DNA of 64,000 nt from the NCBI GenBank assembly GCA_963701095.1, contig OY969564.1:128001-192000 (forward strand), written 5' to 3'. Made by a program: the position numbers and the translations under genes. The notes below the pieces were generated by a model. It saw only the letters and a program-made list of their open reading frames with translations. It searched no databases and was not told the origin of the DNA. How positions within the stretch are numbered: the first letter of the stretch is position 1; each line of letters opens with the position of its first letter. Of this stretch, positions 53,081 to 64,000 are shown piece by piece. This DNA comes from an uncultured Methanoregulaceae archaeon (GTDB lineage: Archaea; Halobacteriota; Methanomicrobia; Methanomicrobiales; Methanospirillaceae).

Positions 53081-53446
53081 TTAGGCATCATGATTGACGA
53101 TGCCCCTCTCATAGTCGAGTGCGTATTTGACAAAATTGTCGGTGTCGGTAAACGGCCCTGCTCCTAGTGCCGTCACTGTGCCCGGGTCGGAACGGAACAT
53201 ATTCAAAGTACCTTTTTCAGCGGGGGTGTATGTGTATCTCACTTCAAGGAGGTTTTCATGACCATGAAGCCCCGGGGCACGGGATTGGTTATACGCTACG
53301 GCAACGGCCCATGCGGTATCCTGTATGTCGAGGTATACTGTACCGACCAGCAGCCGGTTGTCCTTACGGATCATCACTTCGTTCTCGAATTTCTCAACTG
53401 CCTGCCGTGTAGGTGTGGCAGGTTTGCATCCGAAGAATTTTGCCAT
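53081..53446 (-). CDS. Hypothetical protein
   Basis: Clean ORF co-oriented with neighbours. Confidence 0.55.
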   Translation of the reverse strand: MAKFFGCKPATPTRQAVEKFENEVMIRKDNRLLVGTVYLDIQDTAWAVAVAYNQSRAPGLHGHENLLEVRYTYTPAEKGTLNMFRSDPGTVTALGAGPFTDTDNFVKYALDYERGIVNHDA

Positions 53447-53634
53447 TTTCAAATCATCCTTCCAGTAATGTTCACCAATTCCTGATACCTGTGGAAAAAA
53501 CTGTGCAATGTAATTTTTTTAGACTCCATGGCATGCCGGGAAATCATTAACCACTATCCTTTCCTGCTCGTCATCCCAAAAAAATAAGAGATCTATTGGT
53601 CACTTTTTTTGAGTTCATTCGTTAGAACGAATAA

Positions 53635-54159
53635 TTACAGAGTCTGAGTTCCTGTTGCAATCGTGCCTCCACTTGCCTTGTCAATGATACTCCACGATAC
53701 TTTGGTTTCGGCAGACATTGAGAAACTGCCGTAATCGATTGTATTGGTATAAGACTGGTCATCCGATCCGACAATGACGAAGCTGTCGCCAGGTTCGATC
53801 ATGGTACTTCCGGAAGCACTCCCTACTTTATTGAAATAAAGACAATAAGGCACATAACCTCCGGAAGAGGTTACATTCACCTCGTTAAGTGTGAGGGTGG
53901 TCTTTGTATCCCCAGACTGGAACACAACCTGAATATCATTTAAATCGAATGCGTCACCCCCATTGTTGGTGAACACGGTCTGATTTCCGTTCGGAGGGAG
54001 TGTAATCGTGGCTGAAACAGTTGCCTGAGGCGTTTTTGAATGTCCGCTAGATAATCCCCCGGCAAATGCGGAGACAACCGCTGCAATGACAATAGTCACC
54101 ACAAGCATGAGCATGACACCCACAACAGGTGAAACTGCTGAATTCCTGTGCTGGATCAT
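53635..54159 (-). CDS. Archaeal type IV pilin
   Basis: Class III signal peptide SA/VSPVVGVMLMLVVT. Confidence 0.9.
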   Translation of the reverse strand: MIQHRNSAVSPVVGVMLMLVVTIVIAAVVSAFAGGLSSGHSKTPQATVSATITLPPNGNQTVFTNNGGDAFDLNDIQVVFQSGDTKTTLTLNEVNVTSSGGYVPYCLYFNKVGSASGSTMIEPGDSFVIVGSDDQSYTNTIDYGSFSMSAETKVSWSIIDKASGGTIATGTQTL

Positions 54160-54878
54160 TCGACAGTCACCTCCTGATTATAGATCATCTTCCCGCTGGG
54201 GATGTGGATAACCTTGACCCCGACAATAGATCCTGTTCCAAATCCTCCGACTTGTTCCTGTTGAGTCACGTTAAATCCAAGAAGATAATCCATTCCGGGA
54301 TTGTCATGTGGTGAGGAGGGGCCGGTGTTATCGTTGTAATTCCCGCATGATCCTGCTGCTGTCGTTAAAATGTCACCTGGACGGAGGATCGCTGATGCAT
54401 TGCCGAACCAGCCACTTTGGCTACCTTCGTAACCCGGAACGATATAATATCCAAATCGATCCACATCGTTGAAGACGAGCACACCACTCTGTTGGCTTGT
54501 TCCAAAAGCGTTCCACCCGCTTTCGCCAGTTACTGCTGCTTCCCCGCTAAGGTTTCCAGCAAACATAGTTTCGCTGCTGTTGGTGTACGTGGTCGTGATC
54601 TTCAAGTCCTTGGTGGCAAGTGCATCTCCGCTGACTTCAGTTATGGTCATGGTCGGGACATAGAAACCCGTTCCATATCCTGGCATGCCTCCCTGATTTT
54701 CCAGTGCATGGATATGAACATCCAGCACCGCGGTTGGTGCTTTCTGCTGTGTGCCGGAGAGCCCCCCGGCAAAAGCGGAAACAACCGCTGCAATAATAAT
54801 GGTCACGACGAGCATGAGCATAACGCCCACAACCGGCGATACCGCCTGTGCATTCTGCTTTTCTCTCTGCGTTTTCAT
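54156..54878 (-). CDS. Archaeal type IV pilin
   Basis: QA/VSPVVGVMLMLVVTIIIAAVVSAF. Confidence 0.9.
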   Translation of the reverse strand: MKTQREKQNAQAVSPVVGVMLMLVVTIIIAAVVSAFAGGLSGTQQKAPTAVLDVHIHALENQGGMPGYGTGFYVPTMTITEVSGDALATKDLKITTTYTNSSETMFAGNLSGEAAVTGESGWNAFGTSQQSGVLVFNDVDRFGYYIVPGYEGSQSGWFGNASAILRPGDILTTAAGSCGNYNDNTGPSSPHDNPGMDYLLGFNVTQQEQVGGFGTGSIVGVKVIHIPSGKMIYNQEVTVE

Positions 54879-55192
54879 TAAGCACCTCTGCACCGTTACC
54901 CCAATTGGTACCCTGCGTCCGTATCACGGTGTCCGCTGAGAGGCAATTTCGGGTAGCGATAGACAAATGTACTTTTGTTTATACTATTTTAATTGATCAT
55001 TTTTGCCTGCGTTAAAACAGGTTAACTTTCATTATAATAGAAATATTTTTCGACTATTGATATACACCATTATCTGGTGCCAAGGTGTCATACGGTTTTG
55101 TTAACTTGGTGAGAGATCGGATATCTTATGAGGCGTTGGAAAATTGATAAATCCCTAACAAGTTAACAGAGCCGTTCCAAGCCTTTTGGTAC

Positions 55193-56308
55193 CTATGGAT
55201 AAACCATCTCTGATACATTTGTCTCGCTTACGTACTTCCCCGCATAGTCATTCAGCATCGCGTTTGGATCCATGTCTTGGAATGTATTTGGATGCAGGAT
55301 CTTTGCAGTATATACAAGTCCGATGTACGCCCGGGGGCCAAACATTATATCACTGTCAATTGCATAGACTTGGTTCTGCTGCACGGCCGGGATCGTATTC
55401 CAGCCCTCACGATCTTTAAGATTTTCGACAATCTCTGCAAGTGAAAGGGGGTTTGGAAATGAGACGACCTTCATAACGTATTGGGGTTGCTGGGTAACGA
55501 CCCATTCCGGGCTCACCGTCATGTAGGATGTCGACGAGTTTTCGGCAATATTTCTCCCTCCTGCGGCAACCAGCATTTCGTCAGACCCGGATCCGTTTGA
55601 GGCCGCGCTGTAATCGGTGTAGGATTCGAAATATACGGTCGGGCACTCATTATCCGGGATCGATTTTACCCGGGTGTTCACCTGTGCGACCGTATCTTCG
55701 ATCATTCGTGCATAGACTTCAGCCGTGGTCGATGTTCCGGTTAGCGTCCCTATTGCCCGGGCATCGGAAGGCAGTATATCGAGCTTGTAACAGTCAAGGG
55801 AGATTACTGTGATGTTGGCGGCTATAATCTGGTCAATGTTCTTTGGTTTGTAACTGGAGTATGAGATTACCGCGTCAGGATGGAGTGCGAGGATCTCCTC
55901 GATATTTGGCGTTTCCCAATCACCGATGCCTGTAGCATTCGGGATCTTGTCCATAATGTACGGGACGGACAGCGTCGATTGATCCACACCCACAATTTTG
56001 TTTGCCGCGCCAAATGCGATCAACATTTCTGCCGCATCACTATTTGCGACGATTAACCGTTCCGGCTGGCAGGGAAGTGTTATTGGAGTTCCGTCAGATT
56101 GGTTGATCGTGACCGGGGTACAGGAAGCGGTATTGTTGGCAGCCGCATTCAAGGCAGTACTCGTCATTCCGGTAGCGGATGTCGGAGATGCGCCGACAAG
56201 CGCGGATGGTTGTTCTCCGGTCCAAGCCATTCCCATAATCAGTGCGGCAGCACCTACTACTGCACAACAGAGAAGAAGTATCACCATTATTTTTACGGTT
56301 TTGTCCAT
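55193..56308 (-). CDS. ABC substrate-binding protein (Fe/B12 type)
   Basis: PERLIV, KIVGVD, PNIEEILALHPD, PAVQQNQVY. Confidence 0.85.
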   Translation of the reverse strand: MDKTVKIMVILLLCCAVVGAAALIMGMAWTGEQPSALVGASPTSATGMTSTALNAAANNTASCTPVTINQSDGTPITLPCQPERLIVANSDAAEMLIAFGAANKIVGVDQSTLSVPYIMDKIPNATGIGDWETPNIEEILALHPDAVISYSSYKPKNIDQIIAANITVISLDCYKLDILPSDARAIGTLTGTSTTAEVYARMIEDTVAQVNTRVKSIPDNECPTVYFESYTDYSAASNGSGSDEMLVAAGGRNIAENSSTSYMTVSPEWVVTQQPQYVMKVVSFPNPLSLAEIVENLKDREGWNTIPAVQQNQVYAIDSDIMFGPRAYIGLVYTAKILHPNTFQDMDPNAMLNDYAGKYVSETNVSEMVYP

Positions 56309-56375
56309 AAGTTCACCATTCTACGGTCACATGTTCTCATTATTTTCCGGCAACCAGATAATCCGGTCAGCGGCA

Positions 56376-57101
56376 TCACACCGTCACCCGCCGGAACATC
56401 TGCATGCATATAGCAATCACGACCCCGCCCATCACTACAAGCAGACCGATCTGTAGGAGCGGGACGGTCCCAGTTCCTGCTGCACGGACGGCATCAATCG
56501 CATAACTTAAGGGATTAAGGTGGGCAATCGTCCGTAACCAGGCCGGCATCACGTTGTAGGGCATCAGTGCACTCGAAGTAAAGAACAGCGGCATTGAGAT
56601 CATCGTGTTGAACGCTGCATACGAATCATGGTCGCCGAGATAGAGCGAAATAGTCGTTGCGCACGCGGACATGAGGAACCCAAAAAGCAGGAGGATGAGA
56701 TAGATCATTCCGTACTGAGCTGGTGAAAGAATGGTCGCGCCGATAAGGACAGCAATCACAAGGATGATCGTGGCCTGGATCGCGCCCCGGATTGTAATAA
56801 AGAGAATCTTCCCAAACAGGATGCTCTCCCGGGGTGTGGGGAGGGCGAGGAACTTGTTCAAAAAGCCGAGGATCTTGTCAAACATCAGGAGTGTCCCGCC
56901 ATTGAGTGAAGACGAAAGCATGGTCATGACGAGGATGCTTGGCGTAATGAAGTCGAGATAATTGCCGGTGAAACTGACCGGAAGTGCAAGCCCCACAAAG
57001 ATCAGCCAGGCCGCCGGCATAACCAGCATGGATATAACCGAAACCGGGCTGCGGAGCCACTTGATCATGTCCCGTTCGATATAATCTGTTATCCCTCTCA
57101 T
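56376..57101 (-). CDS. ABC-2 type permease
   Basis: YLDFITP, PLFFTSSAL, NPLSYAIDAVR. Confidence 0.88.
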   Translation of the reverse strand: MRGITDYIERDMIKWLRSPVSVISMLVMPAAWLIFVGLALPVSFTGNYLDFITPSILVMTMLSSSLNGGTLLMFDKILGFLNKFLALPTPRESILFGKILFITIRGAIQATIILVIAVLIGATILSPAQYGMIYLILLLFGFLMSACATTISLYLGDHDSYAAFNTMISMPLFFTSSALMPYNVMPAWLRTIAHLNPLSYAIDAVRAAGTGTVPLLQIGLLVVMGGVVIAICMQMFRRVTV

Positions 57102-58054
57102 TTCCGCCTCCGTAACATCGTTCTGAACTGCTGATAATCGAAATGACCGGCATCCTCGGTATTCCCTACTACATTGAGGAAGACATCGTCAAGGGTCGGT
57201 TCCCGCATGGAGAGCGACGTGACTGTAACCCCCTGCAGATCAAGTGCCCTGGTAATGAGTGGCAGGGCTTCCCGTCCGTTATCTGCAGTGAACGTGATCT
57301 CACCATCCTGCTTACCGAGGATACGGACGCCATCTATCTCGACCGAACCCGGGTTGCCGGACACTTTTGCAGTAATCACGTCTTTTTCTAGGTCCGCCTT
57401 TAATGCGGAAGGAGTGTCGAGTGCTACGATCCTTCCCTGGCTGATAATTCCTACTCGATCGCAGAACTGGTCGGCCTCATCCATGTAATGCGTGGTTACA
57501 AAGATCGTCATGCCGTTTTTCCTGAGCATCCTGATATGTCCCCAGATTTTTTTTCTCGCCCCCACATCGAGCCCGATCGTCGGCTCATCCAGGAAGAGGA
57601 CATCGGGTTCGTGCACAAGAGCCTGGGCAAGCTCCAGCCGCCGCCGCATTCCCCCGGAATACGTCCGTATCAAATCGTCGGCCCTGTCGGATAATTCCAT
57701 GATCGAGATCACTTCATCTGTCGTGTCCTTTGGGTTACTGATGCCGTACAGCTTGGCAAAGAGGAAGACGTTCTCCCGCCCGGTCAGTTTTATGTCAACG
57801 GCCATGTCCTGCGGGACATAGCTGAGCCTTTTCCTCACTTCCTCGCCCTCGTGTTCCACATCATAACCGCAGACGGCCGCACTCCCTTCATTTGGGCGGA
57901 GCAGGGTCGTGAGCATTAGCACGGTTGTTGTTTTACCGGAGCCGTTGGGGCCTAAGAGTGCAAAGATCTCGTTATTCACCGATAGAGACAGGTGATCCAC
58001 TGCGCAGAGTTTGTTGTAATATTTTGTCAGGCCGGTTGTCTCAATTGCGTTCAT
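57098..58054 (-). CDS. ABC exporter ATPase (DrrA-like)
   Basis: GPNGSGKTT, YSGGMRRRLE, FLDEPT, TTHYMDEA. Confidence 0.92.
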   Translation of the reverse strand: MNAIETTGLTKYYNKLCAVDHLSLSVNNEIFALLGPNGSGKTTTVLMLTTLLRPNEGSAAVCGYDVEHEGEEVRKRLSYVPQDMAVDIKLTGRENVFLFAKLYGISNPKDTTDEVISIMELSDRADDLIRTYSGGMRRRLELAQALVHEPDVLFLDEPTIGLDVGARKKIWGHIRMLRKNGMTIFVTTHYMDEADQFCDRVGIISQGRIVALDTPSALKADLEKDVITAKVSGNPGSVEIDGVRILGKQDGEITFTADNGREALPLITRALDLQGVTVTSLSMREPTLDDVFLNVVGNTEDAGHFDYQQFRTMLRRRK

Positions 58055-58081
58055 AGTCCTCCTCTTTTTCATAGTATACGT

Positions 58082-58798
58082 TCAGAGGTTCCTCGGACGT
58101 TTTGCGTGGACTTTTCCGAGGAGTCCGTCCATTGAATCTCCCCAGGATGCAATATCATCTTTTGTGATAATGTCCACATTGCCCCCTTGGTAATCCCCCT
58201 CACCTGCGAGGTCTTCCATCCACGATTCGATCTCAAGGTAATTTTCTTTAAGTTCCTCAAGCACCTGCTCGTTTGCATCCCAGAGTCCCCGCTGCTCGGC
58301 TTCAAGGAGTCGCCGGGCGATCTCCTCCAAGGCGTACGGGTTCTCCTTCTCGAAAAAATTCCGCATCTCCTCATCGTTCACAAACGATTTTGCGATATCA
58401 TCGAAGATCCAGTCGTCCACTTCCTGCGTTGATGCCTCCCAGCCGTACACTCTGGTGATGCGTTTCATCATGTCCGCCGCACCCTTGTATCCGTGTACCT
58501 TCATCCCGTCGATCCATTTTGGGTTCAACAGTTTTGTCCTCACGACGCGCCGGATCTCATCTGCCAGATCCCGGACTTCGACATGTTCCGGCTCCCGGGT
58601 GTCGCCATAGTACGGTTTCACCTCGTTTCCGGAATAATGGCGGGCCGCTGCTGTCATCCCTCCCTGGGTACCAAAATAACAGCAACAGCCGAGGAGGTCG
58701 TACTCATCAGACTGGACCTTGTTGAACGTAACAGAGACTGTTGAAAGGTTTGCGGTCAGTTGTTCGTGGGCGGCAGCACCTCGTGTCTCCTTCCCTCC
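58082..58798 (-). pseudogene. cobN: 3' fragment of cobaltochelatase CobN-family gene
   Basis: DLLGCCCYFGTQGGM, RTKLLNPKWIDGMKVHGYKGA, RLLEAEQRGLW; in-frame stop immediately upstream, most of the gene missing. Confidence 0.8.
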
Positions 58799-59356
58799 TC
58801 ATCTCTCAATATCCTATTTTTCATGCAAATGAATAGATTTGAAATAGTGTGCTCACACTTTTTCATACAAAAATAAAAAAATTTATTACTTCACCAGCCA
58901 AAAGAAAAACGGGGTGATGATTCCGGCGAACCATCCGTATCCACCCGAGCATCCTTCAGAAAACGGATGCTGTCGCTTGTTTCATTATCATCCCGATCAC
59001 CAAGAACGAACAAAATCCATCATTTGAGGAGTGTTGAAAAATAAGATGGCTGACACTACAAAGAAAAAAAGCAAACCAGAAATAAAGCCCAAGACTACTG
59101 TGGCAGGAAAGGAAAAGAACGGGAAAGATCCACTACCAAAATCCCAAAAAAAGTGAGAACTCCGTACTATCCATCTTTTAAATCGCAGGGGCGAATCGAA
59201 GGAGCATGGTCCGCCCCTGATTCCTAATTCCGTTAAGGTGCTATTGCGATAACTGGAATTAATAGGGATTATATCGTCGTAATCCATTAACGCTGGCTAT
59301 TAAAACATCCCGACAATTCAACCTCTCGTGAGTATCTGAAAAATTAACAAACAATA

Positions 59357-59441
59357 TGCGAGGGATGGAATTCGAACCCACTAACTCCTACGAGATTAGG
59401 CCCTCAACCTAATGTCTTTGACCTCACTTGGCTACCCTCGC
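59357..59441 (-). tRNA. tRNA-Leu(GAG), possibly degenerate
   Basis: Acceptor GCGAGGG/CCCTCGC; anticodon arm TTAGG-TTGAGGG-CCTAA; long variable arm; D-stem mismatch. Confidence 0.8.
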
Positions 59442-59621
59442 GCCATGTGTTTCTTTGGACGTTTCTCCTGCCCTACGGGTTTGAGTATGGGTCAAATGAA
59501 AAGAAGACCTGTTTTAAGGCTGTATGAAATCAGGATCATATTTTTCTATGCAAAAAACCATTGGGAAAATACAAGTAAATTAAGCCCAGAAATCGAAACA
59601 GACCTTAACATTCAGTCAGAA

Positions 59622-59706
59622 CGCCGGGGAAGAGATTTGAACTCTTGAGGTGCAGGGCACCAGTGGCTTTCAAGGCCACCGCCTTACCGGACTAGACTAC
59701 CCCGGC
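59622..59706 (-). tRNA. tRNA-Ser(TGA)
   Basis: Acceptor GCCGGGG/CCCCGGC; anticodon loop CTTGAAA; variable arm GGTGC/GCACC; GTTCAAATC. Confidence 0.92.
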
Positions 59707-59863
59707 ATATGTTCTAACTATTTTGGCCGTACAATATAAAAAAGGCTTCTTTCCTTGTGCTCTTTTCCACGTTACTCGACGAACATTTTAGGCATGCCGC
59801 GATATTTTAAGGAAGGAATCTGTCTGACAGTACGATCTTCTTCATCTATGTACACGATCAACT

Positions 59864-60862
59864 ATGAGGCAGTCAATGATTGCGGAAAACCAGACAAAAC
59901 CGGTCGCATGCTGGCGTGGCAAGGAACGGTATGACAAAAAGACGCTCGAGTGTCTCACTATTATCTTTGAGTCCGGGGGTTGTTCATGGGCAAAATGCCG
60001 TATGTGCAGTTACCGTTTCGAGCGGTATAAAACCAAATCCTGCGAGGAATTGAGCCGGCATCTGCATGCCCAACTTGCCTGGGTTCGGTCCCAGTTCAAC
60101 CTTGATGAGTTTTTGATGATCAAGATATTCACGTCGGGAAGTTTCTTTGATCCAGACGAGGTCCCTTTAGCGTTCCAGAAAGACGTTGCAAAGACGTTCC
60201 GGGGAAAAATCGTTATCGCGGAAACCAGGCCGGAATTTGTCACTCCCTCTACCCTTGAGTGCTTCATCGCAGAGCTTGACAATGGCACTTATACAACACC
60301 TCTCTACTGCGCTATCGGCTTAGAAACTACAAGCGATCCTATCCGGCACAAATGCATCAATAAAGGCTTTACCTATGAAGATTTCACAAAAGCTGCCGCA
60401 ACTGCCCATAAAGCTGGTGCCGGGGTAAAGGCCTATCTCCTTCTCAAGCCGCTCTTTCTCACCGAAGCCGAGGCAATCGATGATATGAGATCATCACTTA
60501 AAGAACTTGCAGGGCGTGTTGAAATGGTCTCTATGAATCCCTGTACTGTCCAGAAACGGACAGAACTGGAATTTTATTGGCGCCAGGGCGCGTACCGGCC
60601 TCCCTATCTCTGGAGTGTTCTTTCCCTCCTCAAAGATTCCCCGGTTGAAGTTACCTGCGATCCTCTCGGCGGGGGCCAGAAACGAGGACCGCACAACTGC
60701 GGGACGTGCGACTACGAGATCACCCGCGGTATCCGGGACTACTCTCTTACCGGTGATCGCGATCTTATTGGGGCACTTTTGGATATGGAATGTGCCTGCA
60801 AAAGTGAATGGGCATATGTGCTTGCAGAGGAACGACCGTATTGCATGCCACTTACGAGATAA
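59864..60862 (+). CDS. Archaeosine biosynthesis radical SAM protein RaSEA
   Basis: GCSWAKCRMC, KIFTSGSFFD, ETRPEF, YRPPYLWS, RGPHNCGTCD. Confidence 0.88.
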   Translation: MRQSMIAENQTKPVACWRGKERYDKKTLECLTIIFESGGCSWAKCRMCSYRFERYKTKSCEELSRHLHAQLAWVRSQFNLDEFLMIKIFTSGSFFDPDEVPLAFQKDVAKTFRGKIVIAETRPEFVTPSTLECFIAELDNGTYTTPLYCAIGLETTSDPIRHKCINKGFTYEDFTKAAATAHKAGAGVKAYLLLKPLFLTEAEAIDDMRSSLKELAGRVEMVSMNPCTVQKRTELEFYWRQGAYRPPYLWSVLSLLKDSPVEVTCDPLGGGQKRGPHNCGTCDYEITRGIRDYSLTGDRDLIGALLDMECACKSEWAYVLAEERPYCMPLTR

Positions 60863-60975
60863 GGACTTTTCTCTCATCTTTTTTTATCAGGCAAAAAACC
60901 TCTGTTTTACGTCCTGATCTTATTTTTCAATGTATGTTCTGAAAAGATAATATACCGTAAAAGCGATGAAACCGT

Positions 60976-63133
60976 ATGAATCCCCATGGACTGTCCGATC
61001 CTGGCGTTCCATTTCCCCCAGAACGGTTGCCGAACAGACTGATTCATGAAAAGAGTCCGTACCTGCTTCAGCATTCACATAACCCCGTCGACTGGTACCC
61101 CTGGGGGGAAGAGGCTTTCAACCGGGCAGCTTCTGAGGACAAACCTGTCTTTCTCTCGATAGGGTATTCGACCTGCCACTGGTGTCACGTGATGGCAAAA
61201 GAATCTTTTGAGGATACCAAGGTGGCATCTATCCTGAACCGGGAGTTTGTCAGTATCAAAGTCGACCGGGAAGAGCGGCCGGATATCGACAGTATTTACA
61301 TGGAAATCTGCCAGCGGATGACTGGGCGTGGCGGCTGGCCGCTCACTATTGTCCTTACTCCGGAGAAAAAACCTTTTTTTGCAGGTACCTACTTTCCGAA
61401 CGTAAGCCGATCCGGTATTGTAGGCATATCCGAGATTCTTCTGCGCATAGCAGACCTTTGGCATGGACAACGTGAAGAAATGTACCGAAAGGCAGACGAA
61501 ATTATCCGGCTTGCTTCTCCAGAATCCATAAATTCCGGAGAGGATCCGGATCAACGAATTCTGGATGCCGGGTTCCGTGATCTCAGCTACATCTTTTGAT
61601 AGAAAGAACGGAGGTTTCGGCTCAGCGCCAAAATTTCCGGCACCTCACATGCTGGTGTTTTTAACCAGGTACTGGAACCTGACGGGACAGACACGTGCTC
61701 TTGCCATGGCAGAACAGACGCTTACTGCAATTCGTTCTGGCGGTATATGGGACCAGATAGGATCCGGACTGCACCGGTACTCGACTGATGCCCAGTGGCG
61801 GGTACCGCATTTTGAAAAGATGCTATCGGATCAGGCGTTGTTTGTGATCGCCTGCACGGAAGCATATGAAGCGACTCGCAATGTATACTACAAGAATATC
61901 GCCAATGAATGCGTAAACTATGTGCTCCGCGAACTCCAGGATCCCGGTTGTGCGTTTTACACCGCCGAAGATGCGGACAGCCCGGATGGGGAAGGGGCAT
62001 ATTATACTTGGACACAAGAAGAAATTGTCAGGGTTCTTGGCCCGGAAGATGCAGAACGTTTCTTTTCCCTTTTTACTCTTGCACCCGTTGCCGATAATAA
62101 TACAGGTATTGGTGTGATGCCTGAAAACCAGCGCCGGGGCGTCATTTTCGCAGCCGGAGAGAGCGAGTCCCTTGCAAAAACACAAAACATTGCTCCGGAA
62201 GAATTTTCTGCCCTAAGGGATGCTCTCCGTTTACGGCTTTTATCTGCCCGTCAGGAACGTTCCCGGCCGAGACGTGATACTAAAATTCTGACCGATAACA
62301 ATGCACTTTTCTGTAAAGCACTAGCCTTAGCCGGTCGGGCATTTAACAATCCTGCATATATCGATGCGGCGTCCCGCGCACTGCGATTTATTCAGCTGAA
62401 TCTTTTCGATGACAAGGGAAGTCTTCTGCACTGCTATTATGAAGGTAAAAGTGGCATTTTGGCTTTTGCCGATGATTACGTCCACCTCATTTCCGCGTGT
62501 ATCGAGATGTATCGGTCAACCTTCGAAATAGCATACCTCAAAAATGCCCTTGATTTAAACACGCACCTTCTTCGCCATTTCGGTGATGCCAATAAAGGCG
62601 GGTTTTTCACGATCTCTGATACCGTCACGGATCTCCCGGTTCGAAGAAAAGAATGGTATGATGGTTCCATCACTTCAGCAAATGCGGTTGCTTTTGAAAA
62701 TAGTATGCAGCTCTCCAGGTTCACAGCTGATCCAGACCTTGAAAAAGTGGCACAGGGCTGCGCCCGGTTTGTGGCGGGATCGGCTGCTCGGTCCCCTTCG
62801 GCGGTAACAGGGTTTCTTTCCGCACTTTCTTGTTTTTCCCGGATCAAAAGCATTCTTGATATAGTGATCTCCGGTAATCCTTCGGACGAAAGTACATATG
62901 CATTAATCAATGTACTCAGGTCACGATATCTACCGGATCTGATAGTTTTACTTAGACCCCAGGGAAAAGCGGGGGATGATGTGGATGCGGTCGCTCCCCT
63001 TGCACGGGGTCGGGTTTCCGGTGATACTATCGCAATGGCGTATCTTTGCTCATCTTCAGCATGTCTGCCACCAGTAAAGGAGCCTCTTGAATTACGTAGA
63101 CTTCTTGACACGGAAATGGATGCATGTTTATGA
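60976..63133 (+). CDS. Thioredoxin-domain protein, YyaL/DUF255 family (frameshift near 61590)
   Basis: [39 protein letters not shown]. Confidence 0.9.
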
Positions 63134-63177
63134 TCCTTGGCGAATAACAACGTTTATTGTTTAAAAGAAGGGGAGTA

Positions 63178-64000
63178 TTACTTTTTTGCCTTGCTTTGTT
63201 TTTCGATCTGTTCGGCAAGGAGGGGAAAGAAGGTCCCGGCGTCTGATACTATCCCAATGGCCTGGGTTGTGCCGCGATCCATAAGCTTTGTTACTGATGC
63301 GGGGTTGATATCCACGCAGACTGTTTTGATACCGGAAGGCAGGCAGTTGCCGACGGCAATTGAATGCAGAAGTGTCGCGACCATCAGGACCATTTTGCAT
63401 CCGGGGACATACTTACGCATTTCATCCTGTGCTACCATGGTATCCTGGATAACATCGGGGATGGGACCGTCGTCACGGATGGAACCAGCGAGCACAAACG
63501 GCACATTGTGCTTCACGCACTCGTACATGATGCCCCCGGTAAGGATGCCCTGATCAACTGCATTTTTTAGTGAACCGACCCGCATGATCTCGCTGATAGC
63601 GTAGATATGGTGCCGGTGACCGCCCATAACAGGTTTGCCAGTTTTGATATCCATGCCAAGGGAAGTCCCATAGAGATTATACTCGACATCATGGGTGGCT
63701 AAAGCATTACCCGCAAAAAGGACATTGATGTATCCTTTTCTTACCATCTCAGCTACTGCTTTGTCTGCGCCGGTATGGATAATTGCGGGACCTCCCACAA
63801 GAATGATCTTTCCACCTGTTTTGTGGACTTCAAGAAGCTCCTTTGCAATCTGGGCAATCAGAGTCTCGCTGGGGCGTTCCGATGAGACGGTGCCGTGCAT
63901 AAATTCAAAGGTGCTGCTCGTCCGAGGCCGGTCCGGGTAGCTTACTGATACACCTTCTTCGCCGACAACGACAGGGTCACCTTTACGAATCTTTCCAAGA
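63178..64000 (-). CDS. TIGR00300 family protein (partial, start beyond window)
   Basis: [36 protein letters not shown]. Confidence 0.85.
   Translation of the reverse strand, partial: LGKIRKGDPVVVGEEGVSVSYPDRPRTSSTFEFMHGTVSSERPSETLIAQIAKELLEVHKTGGKIILVGGPAIIHTGADKAVAEMVRKGYINVLFAGNALATHDVEYNLYGTSLGMDIKTGKPVMGGHRHHIYAISEIMRVGSLKNAVDQGILTGGIMYECVKHNVPFVLAGSIRDDGPIPDVIQDTMVAQDEMRKYVPGCKMVLMVATLLHSIAVGNCLPSGIKTVCVDINPASVTKLMDRGTTQAIGIVSDAGTFFPLLAEQIEKQSKAKK

Overview
Chromosomal window from a methanogenic archaeon, most likely Methanomicrobiales (Methanoregula-like). This is inferred from the F430 cfb genes, methanogenesis marker 9, RaSEA, archaeal pilins and archaeal tRNAs. Left to right: (1) the tail module of a siphovirus-like provirus (1-7853) followed by AT-rich cargo (two PD-(D/E)XK-like ORFs, small membrane ORFs, a DUF3800 gene with a structured downstream RNA, and a 2-repeat mini-array); (2) a type I-C CRISPR-Cas locus with a 61-repeat/60-spacer array, in which several spacers encode peptides resembling the neighbouring provirus's tail proteins; (3) a redox/MarR operon, a PolB2-type polymerase and three toxin-antitoxin modules, two of them bracketed by long direct repeats; (4) core methanogen genes (cfbABDE, marker 9, citG, hypEAC); (5) an integrated element (tyrosine integrase preceded by a tRNA-Ser 3' fragment, PIN TA, RHH, ParB-like gene, ~1 kb degenerate repeat array); (6) corrinoid salvage/ABC/pilin genes, a truncated cobN, tRNA-Leu, tRNA-Ser, RaSEA, a YyaL-like gene and a partial TIGR00300 gene. 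Many single-base frameshifts, including in essential genes, suggest uncorrected sequencing indels. All calls come from reading the sequence by eye; no database searches were run.
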